Source: an uncultured Acidobacteriota bacterium
GTDB taxonomy: Bacteria; Acidobacteriota; Thermoanaerobaculia; UBA5066; Gp7-AA6
Assembly (NCBI GenBank): GCA_963764715.1
Contig: CAVXTP010000021.1
Span: forward strand, 1 to 64,000
Reading direction: 5' to 3'
Length of the DNA stretch: 64,000 nt
In this document: positions 48,041 through 56,121 of the stretch, one piece after another
Numbering within the stretch: the stretch's first letter is position 1
Layout: each line of letters opens with the position of its first letter
Program-made: the position numbers and the translations under genes
Notes under the pieces: generated by a model
Database searches by the model: none
Seen by the model: the letters and a program-made list of their open reading frames with translations, nothing else
Told to the model about the DNA's origin: nothing

Positions 48041-48745
48041 ATGATCCGCATCCGGCGCGGGGAAGAGCGGGGCCACTTCGATCACGGCTGGCTCGACACC
48101 CGGCACACGTTTTCGTTCGGCGACTACCACGATCCCCGGGCCATGGGGTTCCGGGACCTGCGCGTCATCAACGAGGACCGCGTTCTTCCGGGGCAGGGTT
48201 TCGGGACGCACGGCCACCGCGACATGGAGATCGTGTCCTACGTCCTTGAGGGCGGGCTGGCGCACAAGGACAGCCTCGGGACCGGCTCCGTGATCACGCC
48301 CGGCGACGTGCAGTACATGAGCGCCGGCACCGGCGTGCGCCACAGCGAGTTCAACGCGTCGAAGACCGAGCCCGTGCACTTCATGCAGATCTGGATCATG
48401 CCGAGCGCCGAGGGCCTGGCCCCCCGTTACGACCAGAAGCGATTCGGCCCGGAGGAGAAGCGGGGGAGGCTGCGGCTGGTGGTCTCGCCGTCCGGTGAAG
48501 ACGGCTCGATCGCGATCCGGCAGGACGTCCGGATGTACGCCTCGCTTCTCGATCCCGGCCGGTCCGCCGATCTCACGCTTTCGCCGGGCCGGCACCTCTG
48601 GGTCCAGGTCCTCGAGGGATCGCTCGACGTCAACGGCAAGTCTCTCCAGGCCGGCGACGGCCTCGCCGCCTCCGACGAGACCGCGTTCCGCTTCGCGCCG
48701 GCCGGCAAGGGCCCGGCGGAGTTCCTCGTCTTCGACCTCGTGTAG
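48041..48745 (+). CDS. Pirin family protein (YhhW-like)
   Basis: HGWLDTRHTFSF, LRVINEDR, HGHRDMEI, HSEFN. Confidence 0.96.
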   Translation: MIRIRRGEERGHFDHGWLDTRHTFSFGDYHDPRAMGFRDLRVINEDRVLPGQGFGTHGHRDMEIVSYVLEGGLAHKDSLGTGSVITPGDVQYMSAGTGVRHSEFNASKTEPVHFMQIWIMPSAEGLAPRYDQKRFGPEEKRGRLRLVVSPSGEDGSIAIRQDVRMYASLLDPGRSADLTLSPGRHLWVQVLEGSLDVNGKSLQAGDGLAASDETAFRFAPAGKGPAEFLVFDLV

Positions 48746-48750
48746 CGCCC

Positions 48751-48935
48751 GGGGTCAGTCCTGAATATCTGAAACTTCGGACAGTTGGGGCCAGCCCTGA
48801 AAGTCTGAAAGTTGGGGTCAGCCCTGAAGGTCTGAAAGTTGGGCGACGTGTGAAGGTTCGACCGCCAGTTTCGAGCGGTCGAAACGTCATTCTTTCAGGT
48901 CAGGCCCCATCTTTCATTCTTTCAGGTCAGGCACC
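48751..48935. repeat. REP/MITE-like element of ~27-bp units in direct and inverted orientation
   Basis: Three GGGGTCAGCCCTGAAAGTCTGAAA-like units, a central hairpin at 48857-48883, then two inverted related units (TCATTCTTTCAGGTCAGGC). Confidence 0.8.
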
Positions 48936-48961
48936 TCGGGTCGGTGTGGCAAGCTTCGCCG

Positions 48962-50188
48962 ATGACCGCCGCCGCGGTTCCCGAATCCCCGGCGCGTTGG
49001 CGCGCTCTCGCCCTGATCGCAGTCGCGGAGCTTCTCGGGATGGCGCTGTGGTTCTCGGGCTCGGCCGTCGCGCCGGCGCTGAAGGCCGAGTGGCGGATGT
49101 CGGACGGGGCGACGTCCTGGCTGACGCTCGCCGTCCAGCTCGGCTTCGTCGCCGGAACGCTCGTGTCGGCCGTCGGCAACCTGCCGGACGTCTTCTCGGC
49201 GCGGCGTCTCTTCGCCGCGTCGGCCGTCCTCGGCGCCGCCGCCAACGCGTCCCTGGCGCTCTGGGCGAGAGGCGCGGCGAGCGCGGTCGCTCTGCGGTTC
49301 GCGGTCGGCTTCTTTCTGGCCGGCGTCTATCCGCCCGGCATGAAGATCATGGCGAGCTGGTTCCGCCACGGCCGCGGCATGGCGCTCGGGGTCCTCGTCG
49401 GCTGCATCTCGCTCGGCAAGGGGTTCCCGTACCTCGTGAACGCCGTCGGGAGCGCCGACTGGCGCATCGACGTGCTCTGCGTGTCGACGCTCGCCGTCGC
49501 GGGCGGCGCCATCGTCCTCTTCTTCGTCCATGACGGGCCGCACGCCGCGCCCGCCGCGCGCTTCGACGCCGGGCAGATCGCGAAGGTCTTCTCCAACCGC
49601 GGAGTCCGCCTCGCGGACTTCGGCTACTTCGGTCACATGTGGGAGCTCTACGCCATGTGGACCTGGTTCCCGGTGTTTCTACGCGAGAGCTTCGCCGCCC
49701 GCGGCGTGTCGCGCCCGGCGCTCGCGGAGCTGGCGGCCTTCTTCGTGATCGGCGCGGGCGCGACCGGGTGCGTCGTGGCCGGCCTCGCCGCCGATCGCCT
49801 CGGCCGAACCGCCGTGACGTCGTGGGCGATGGGACTGTCCGGCGCGTGCTGCCTCACGATCGGCCTGCTCTTCGGCGAAAGCCCGACGCTGCTGCTCGTC
49901 GTCGCCTGCGTCTGGGGCGCGTCGATCGTGGCCGACTCCGCCCAGTTCTCGGCCTGCGTCACGGAGCTCTCGGATCCGCGCTACGTGGGGACCGCGCTGA
50001 CGATCCAGACCTGCATCGGCTTCCTGATCACGATGGTCTCGATCGAGCTCGTCCCGCACTTCGCCGGGTTGGTCGGCTGGCGCTGGGCGTTCGCGTTCCT
50101 CGCGCCGGGGCCCGCGCTCGGCATTCTCGCGATGCTGCGGCTGCGCGGCCTGCCCGAAGCCGCGCAGATCGCGCACGGGAGACGCTAG
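48962..50188 (+). CDS. MFS transporter
   Basis: About 12 hydrophobic helices, ADRLGR motif, GYFGHMWELYAMW. Confidence 0.93.
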   Translation: MTAAAVPESPARWRALALIAVAELLGMALWFSGSAVAPALKAEWRMSDGATSWLTLAVQLGFVAGTLVSAVGNLPDVFSARRLFAASAVLGAAANASLALWARGAASAVALRFAVGFFLAGVYPPGMKIMASWFRHGRGMALGVLVGCISLGKGFPYLVNAVGSADWRIDVLCVSTLAVAGGAIVLFFVHDGPHAAPAARFDAGQIAKVFSNRGVRLADFGYFGHMWELYAMWTWFPVFLRESFAARGVSRPALAELAAFFVIGAGATGCVVAGLAADRLGRTAVTSWAMGLSGACCLTIGLLFGESPTLLLVVACVWGASIVADSAQFSACVTELSDPRYVGTALTIQTCIGFLITMVSIELVPHFAGLVGWRWAFAFLAPGPALGILAMLRLRGLPEAAQIAHGRR

Positions 50189-53124
50189 GGGAAGAAAGTC
50201 CGGACCAGAAACGTCGCCATCTGCTGCCTCAGGACGGTGTTGCCGGGGCAGTAGAGCAGCGGCGAGGCCGAGCAGCCTCCGGTGATGCCTCGGGTGTAGA
50301 GGTCCTCGATGAAGTCGGCCGCAAACGAGCCCACGGGCACGTCCCCGAAGATCCCCGTGGCCGGCGGGGGCGTGTAGCCCGAGCCTTCGCTCGTCTTCAG
50401 GAGGAAGACGGCCATCTGCGCGCGGGTGACGGACTGGGCGGGGCAGTAGATTCCGGTTCCGCAGCCGGAGGTGACGCCCTCGGAGGAGAGCTGCTCGATC
50501 CAGTCGGCGAAGGGCGACGGGCAGGGGACGTCGGAGAAGATGCCCGCGCAGGCGGGAGGCATGTAGGCGGAGCCGTGCTCGGCCTTGAGCAGGAAGGCGG
50601 CCATCTGGTCGCGGCGGACGGGCAAGGTCGGGCAGTAGTCGCCGCCGCCGCAGCCTCCGGTGATGCCGGCCGTGGCGATCGCGATGATGTCGTCGTGGAA
50701 GGGCGAGGAGTACCGGGACGTCGGCGAACTCGACCGAGAGGGTGGCGGCGTTGGAGGTGACCGGGTCCGCAGGAATCGGTGACGAGGACGTCGTAGGAGC
50801 CGGCGTCGGCGAAGGTGGCCGGGTCGATCGTCAGATTGCCGTCGTCGCGCCGGAGATCGGGCCGCCGTCGGACGAGCGGCACGCCGTCCTTGCGCCACTG
50901 GTACGTCAGTGGCCCGAAGCCCCCCGACAGCGCCGTCAGCTCCGCACCCGCGCCCACGATCACCGACGCGTTCGAGCACCCGCACGCCGAGCGCGCCGTT
51001 CATGAGCGTCGTGAGCGCGCCCGTGCTGCCCTCCGAATTGGTGAAGATGGCGTCGAGCTTGCCGTTGCCGTCGGCGTCACCCGCAAACGCCGCTTCCGGA
51101 GCGCCGACCGGGTACGCCAGCGGCGCTTCGAAGGTCCCGTCGCCGAGACCCCGCAGGAACAGGGCGTCTCCCGCCATGGCGAGAAGATCGAGGTTGCCGT
51201 CGCCGTCGAAATCGGCCGCGACCAGTTGACCGGCGCGGAACGCAAGCGGAGTGGAGGCCGCGAGGACGAGGGTTCCGTTCCCCTGGTTCTCGAACATCTG
51301 GAGCTCGGCGCCGTAGATGGACACCACGACGTCCTCGCGCTGCAGGTTTCGAAAGTCTCCCGCAGCGATGGCGAGCGGTCCGGGAGCCGTGTCGTATGTG
51401 ACCGGTCCGGCGAAGGTCCGGCCGGGCAGGCTGAGATACACGACGAGATCGTCCTGGAGCCGATCGATGACCGCGATGTCGGTGCGCCCGTCATCATTGA
51501 GATCGGCCGCGAACATGCCGCTGAACATCGCAGACGCCGGCGTCTCGACGGGGCCGTCGAAAGTCCCGTCCCCGCGCCCGAAGTAGACGACGATGGCGAC
51601 CCCGTTTCCGGAGTAGGAATCCTGGCGGGAGAAGGCGAAATCGGGCTTGCCGTCGGCGTCGAAGTCTCCGACGACGATGTACTCGGACCGCCCGTCGGTG
51701 ATCGGGAGCGAGACCGGCGGTTGGAACGATCCGTCGCCGTTTCCAAGACGGACATCGGCACCGTAGTAGTAGAGAGTGCTCGCGAGGTCGAGATGTCCAT
51801 CCCGGTTGAAGTCGGCCGTCGTCGATGAGTACGGGCCGGGAGGCTCCCCGACCGGGCCGGGCGTGAAGTAGCCGTGGCCCGACGCGAGGTAGGTCGCGAT
51901 CCCCGTTTGCGTTCCGACGACCACGTCCGTCCGCCCGTCCTCGTCGAAATCGCCCGCCGCGGGACCTGCGGGATAGTCCGCGATCGCCGTGAACGGGACG
52001 TCCTCGAATCGGCCGTTGCCATAGCCGCGGTAGACGCCCATGACTTCCTCGTAGACGGCGGCCGCGGCGACGTCGAGGACTCCGTCGTCGCCGAAATCGG
52101 CGAGCTCGACGCCCCCGAAGAGGAGGCTGATCAGGTAGTCGTCGCCGGGGCTCAGCGAGCCGTCGCCATCGCCGAGCAGAACGCGGAACGACGACAGGAC
52201 GTATCCGTTCGGGTACGAGGGGTTGAAGGCCACGACGTCGAGCACGCCGTCGCCGTCGAGGTCTCCGACGCGAACCGCCGAGGGCCGGCCTCCCGCCGGA
52301 TAGTCGCGGGCGGACTCGAACGTTCCGTCCCCGTTGCCGAGAAGAATTCCCACGTACTTGCCGGACGCCAGCACGACGTCGAGGTGGTCGTCCGCGTTTA
52401 TGTCGGCGAGGCGGATCGCCCCGAGCTCGATTCCCGCGACGGTGCTGAGGCCGGCTCCGAAGTGCCCGTCGCCCGTGCCGGGGAACACCGTCACGTCGTT
52501 CTGCGCGAAGATCGTCGCGACGATGTCCGGATGTCCGTCCTCGTCGACGTCCCCGATCGCGTAGGAGCTGACGTTCGCGTCGAGCGGGGTCTGAACCGGC
52601 GGCTGGAACGTCCCGTCGCCGTTCCCCAGGAGGACGTTCAACTGGCCGTCCGAGAAGCCGAAGCCCACGAGGTCGAGCTTGCCGTCGGAGTTGAGGTCGC
52701 CGGTCGCGAGCAGCCCGAGCGCCGGGCCGAGAAGCAGCGGCGCCTGGAAGGTGCCGTCGCCGACGCCCTTCATCAGGTAGAGCTCCGTGTACGAGTTCAG
52801 AACCACGTCCGGGTCGGTGTCGGCCGTGAATTGACCGACGATCGACTCGTAGGAGTAGTTCGGGAATGTCGTTGCGGTCGGCGGCCCGAACGTCCCGCCG
52901 GGCAACCCCCGTCGAACCTCGATCTTCTGGGGATAGTCCGTCGTCGTCGTCAGGTCCGCATAGCCGTCCGCATCGATGTCGGCCGCCGAGAACCCGACGA
53001 GCGAGCTCCCGATCGGATACGTCGAGCCGTCGATGAACGCGGGGTGGCAGGGGACACCCGCCTCGAGGGACGCCGCGGCGACCACGACGCCGACGAGGAT
53101 GGCGAACCCCAGGCGGTGAGTCAC
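50185..53124 (-). CDS. FG-GAP/VCBS repeat protein with Ig and SLH domains (indel patch at about 50700-50990)
   Basis: GDxDxDGxxD / GNGDGTF repeats. Part of the Ig domain (YQWRKDG, DAGSYDV) lies in other frames. SLH C-terminus. Confidence 0.88.
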   Translation of the reverse strand: MTHRLGFAILVGVVVAAASLEAGVPCHPAFIDGSTYPIGSSLVGFSAADIDADGYADLTTTTDYPQKIEVRRGLPGGTFGPPTATTFPNYSYESIVGQFTADTDPDVVLNSYTELYLMKGVGDGTFQAPLLLGPALGLLATGDLNSDGKLDLVGFGFSDGQLNVLLGNGDGTFQPPVQTPLDANVSSYAIGDVDEDGHPDIVATIFAQNDVTVFPGTGDGHFGAGLSTVAGIELGAIRLADINADDHLDVVLASGKYVGILLGNGDGTFESARDYPAGGRPSAVRVGDLDGDGVLDVVAFNPSYPNGYVLSSFRVLLGDGDGSLSPGDDYLISLLFGGVELADFGDDGVLDVAAAAVYEEVMGVYRGYGNGRFEDVPFTAIADYPAGPAAGDFDEDGRTDVVVGTQTGIATYLASGHGYFTPGPVGEPPGPYSSTTADFNRDGHLDLASTLYYYGADVRLGNGDGSFQPPVSLPITDGRSEYIVVGDFDADGKPDFAFSRQDSYSGNGVAIVVYFGRGDGTFDGPVETPASAMFSGMFAADLNDDGRTDIAVIDRLQDDLVVYLSLPGRTFAGPVTYDTAPGPLAIAAGDFRNLQREDVVVSIYGAELQMFENQGNGTLVLAASTPLAFRAGQLVAADFDGDGNLDLLAMAGDALFLRGLGDGTFEAPLAYPVGAPEAAFAGDADGNGKLDAIFTNSEGSTGALTTLMNGALGVRVLERVGDRGRGCGADGAVGGLRATDVPVAQGRRAARPTAARSPARRRQSDDRPGHLRRRRLLRRPRHRFLRTRSPPTPPPSRSSSPTSRYSSPFHDDIIAIATAGITGGCGGGDYCPTLPVRRDQMAAFLLKAEHGSAYMPPACAGIFSDVPCPSPFADWIEQLSSEGVTSGCGTGIYCPAQSVTRAQMAVFLLKTSEGSGYTPPPATGIFGDVPVGSFAADFIEDLYTRGITGGCSASPLLYCPGNTVLRQQMATFLVRTFFP

Positions 53125-56102
53125 GGAAAGAACGTCCTGACGAGGAACGTCGCCATCTGCTGGCGGAGGACGGTGCTAGCGGGGCAGTAGAGCAGCGGCG
53201 CCGCCGAGCAGCCGCCGGTGATGCCGCGGGTGTAGAGGTCCTCGATGAAGTCGGCGCCGAAGGAGCCGATCGGCACGTCCCCGAAGATGCCGGTCGCCGG
53301 CGGGGGCGTGTAGCCCGAGCCTTCGCTCGTCTTCAAGAGGAAGACGGCCATCTGCGCGCGTGTGACGGACTGGGAGGGGCAGTAGACGCCGGTCCCGCAG
53401 CCGGAGGTGACGCCCTCGGCGGAAAGCTGCTCGATCCAGTCGGCGAAAGGCGACGGGCAGGGGACGTCGGTGAAGATCCCCGCGCAGGCGGGAGGCGTGT
53501 AGGCGGAGCCGTGCTCGGCCTTGAGCAGGAAGGCGGCCATCTGGTCCCGGCGGACGGGCAAGGTGGGGCAGTAGTCGGATCCGCCGCAGCCGCCGGTGAT
53601 GCCGTCGGTGGCGATGGCGATGATGTCGTCGTGGAAGGGCGAGGAGACGGGGACGTCGGCGAACTCGACTGCGAGGGTGGCGGCGTTGGAGGTGACGGGG
53701 CCGCAGGAGTCGGTGACCACGACGTCGTAGGAGTCGGCATCGGCGAAGGTGGCCGGGTCGATCGTGAGGATCGGTGTCGTCGCGCCGGAGATCGGGCCGC
53801 CGTCGGAGAGCGGGACCCCGTTGCGGCGCCACTGGTACGTCAGAGGCCCGAACCCGCCGGTCAGCGCCTGCAGCTCGCCCGCGCTCCCCACCACCACCGA
53901 CGCGTCCGGGACACGCGCCCCCAGCGCGCCGTTCATCAACGCCGCCAGAAATCCCTGGTAGGGATCGGAATCGGAGAAGACCGCGTCCGGGAATCCGTCG
54001 CCGTCGAAGTCGCCCGTGACGACCCACAGGGGTGAGCCGAGGAAGTATTCCCGGGGCGCGAGGAAGGCTCCGTTTCCGAGCCCGTAGAGGACCGTGGCGT
54101 TGGTCGACGCGTAGTTGGCCGTGATGAAGTCCACGTTCCCGTCGTCATCGAAATCGGCGGCCGCGATCTGGTTCGCGGACCAGCCGATTCCGATGAGCGT
54201 CGGTGCGCCGAAGGTCCCGTCGCCGGCGCCCGGGAAAAGGGCCAGTGTCCCGTTGGCGCCGGTCACGACGACGTCGAGGTGGCCGCTGTTTCTCACGTCG
54301 GCGGCGGCGAGCCCGGTCGTCCCGGCGGGCGTCGCGTAGCCGACCGGCGGCGCGAACGTTCCGTCACCCTGGCTGAGGAGGATGCCGAGATCGTCGCCCG
54401 GGTACTGGTAGATCACCGCGAGATCGGTCCGGCCGTCGCCCGAGAACTCGCCGGCGAGCAGCTGAAGGACCGGCAGCGTCGTGGCGGTGGAGATGCCCGC
54501 GTCGAATGTCCCGTCGCCGTGCCCGAGGAACGTCCAGACGGCGCTGCTGCCGGAGTTCTCGACCTCGCCGGCCGCGAGGTCCGCGTGGCCGTCGCCGTCG
54601 AAGTCCCCGGCGGCGAGCGACTGCCCCTGGGGGAAGTTGGGCGCATCGAGGTCGACGAACGTGGGGTCGGCGAACGTGCCGTCGCCGTGGCCGAGGAAGA
54701 CGGCGATTCGGTTCACGTACCGCATGAGCGCGGCGACATCGGCGTGGCCATCCCCGTCGAAGTCGGCCGTGACCAGGGACGCGATCGTGCTCAGGAAGTA
54801 TGGGTCCCCGGCGCTCGTGAAAGCGCCGCCGCCGCTTGCGAGAAAGACCTGAATCGAGCTGTCGAAGGCAACCAGGACGTCGGTGCGGCCGTCCTCGTCG
54901 AAGTCCGCGGCCGCGAGCCGCAGGGGCGTCTCGGTCGTCGGCGTCGTGATCACCGCCTGGAAGGTCCCGTCGCCGTTGCTGCGGAGGATCGAGACGAAAT
55001 GGTCGGCGTTGCTTCCGACGATCAGGTCGGCTTTGCCGTCGTTGCCGAAGTCCGCCGCCTCGAGACTGGTCGTGTAGACCGAGCCGAGGTAGGAGGGGCC
55101 GGAATCGAATGTGCCGTCGCCCCGGTTTCGCAACGTACGAATCGTGGTCGGCGCGTAGGAGTAGCCGCTCGCGGCGGCCACGTCGAGATCCCCGTCTCCG
55201 TCGAAGTCCCCCGCGGCCACGGCGGACGGGCTCGTGCCGGCCGGGTAGTCGTTGGCCGCTTCGAAGGTCCCGTCGCCGTTGCCCTTGAGGACGGCCACGA
55301 AGTTTCCCTGTGCGAGGAGAACGTCGAGGTCGCCTTCGCCCGTCAGATCGACGAGCCGGATCGCTCGCTGCTCGCCGCCCGCCGTCACGCTCGACGGCGG
55401 CGCGAAGCTGCCGTTGCCGAGGCTGAGGTAGATCTGAAGGAGAACGCCATCCCCGGTCGCGACGAGATCGGAGGAGCCGTCGCCGTCGAGGTCTCCGGCG
55501 GCGAGGTGGGTCGGGAACTCCTTCGGGAACGTCTGGACCGGCGCCTGAAAGGTTCCGTTTCCGTTTCCGAGGAGAACCACGAGCGCCGCGCTCGGAGGTC
55601 CCGTCGAAACGCCGGCGAGATCGAGCTTCCCATCGTCGTTGAAATCGCCGGCCGTGAGGGCGTCGATCGGCGAAGGGCTGATCGAAACGCCGGACTGAAA
55701 CGTGCCGTCGCCGTCTCCGGCGAAGAAATAGACCCCGGAGCTCGTACTCATCACGGCGTCGGGGTTCGAGTCGTTCGTGAAGTTCCCGACGACGGAGGAC
55801 TGGCTGTTCATCGCGAGGGTCGGGGTGGTGCGGTTGATCTGCGATCCGAAAGAACCGTCAGCCTGTCCGAGACGGACCGAGATGCCGAACGCGAAGTTGC
55901 CCGTGAAGTCGACGATGTCCGGGAATCCGTCCACGTTGACGTCGGCCGTGGAGAGGCTTTGCGTCGTCCCCGCGACGGCGACACGCGGGGCCGACACGAA
56001 GTCGGGCCGGCACGCGGAGCCGGCGGCCACGGGGCGGGACACCGTCATGCAAAGAATCGACGCGAGCACGCCGACGAAGAAGCGGTTCATCTGCCCTCCC
56101 AT
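53121..56102 (-). CDS. FG-GAP/VCBS repeat protein with Ig and SLH domains
   Basis: Signal peptide, FG-GAP repeats, YQWRRNG Ig domain, three SLH units. Confidence 0.92.
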   Translation of the reverse strand: MGGQMNRFFVGVLASILCMTVSRPVAAGSACRPDFVSAPRVAVAGTTQSLSTADVNVDGFPDIVDFTGNFAFGISVRLGQADGSFGSQINRTTPTLAMNSQSSVVGNFTNDSNPDAVMSTSSGVYFFAGDGDGTFQSGVSISPSPIDALTAGDFNDDGKLDLAGVSTGPPSAALVVLLGNGNGTFQAPVQTFPKEFPTHLAAGDLDGDGSSDLVATGDGVLLQIYLSLGNGSFAPPSSVTAGGEQRAIRLVDLTGEGDLDVLLAQGNFVAVLKGNGDGTFEAANDYPAGTSPSAVAAGDFDGDGDLDVAAASGYSYAPTTIRTLRNRGDGTFDSGPSYLGSVYTTSLEAADFGNDGKADLIVGSNADHFVSILRSNGDGTFQAVITTPTTETPLRLAAADFDEDGRTDVLVAFDSSIQVFLASGGGAFTSAGDPYFLSTIASLVTADFDGDGHADVAALMRYVNRIAVFLGHGDGTFADPTFVDLDAPNFPQGQSLAAGDFDGDGHADLAAGEVENSGSSAVWTFLGHGDGTFDAGISTATTLPVLQLLAGEFSGDGRTDLAVIYQYPGDDLGILLSQGDGTFAPPVGYATPAGTTGLAAADVRNSGHLDVVVTGANGTLALFPGAGDGTFGAPTLIGIGWSANQIAAADFDDDGNVDFITANYASTNATVLYGLGNGAFLAPREYFLGSPLWVVTGDFDGDGFPDAVFSDSDPYQGFLAALMNGALGARVPDASVVVGSAGELQALTGGFGPLTYQWRRNGVPLSDGGPISGATTPILTIDPATFADADSYDVVVTDSCGPVTSNAATLAVEFADVPVSSPFHDDIIAIATDGITGGCGGSDYCPTLPVRRDQMAAFLLKAEHGSAYTPPACAGIFTDVPCPSPFADWIEQLSAEGVTSGCGTGVYCPSQSVTRAQMAVFLLKTSEGSGYTPPPATGIFGDVPIGSFGADFIEDLYTRGITGGCSAAPLLYCPASTVLRQQMATFLVRTFFP

Positions 56103-56121
56103 CGGAGATGGTCCCGGTGGC

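Noticed and set aside
48751-48935. Possible CRISPR array
   Set aside because: The units are adjacent without unique spacers, some are inverted, and no cas genes are present.
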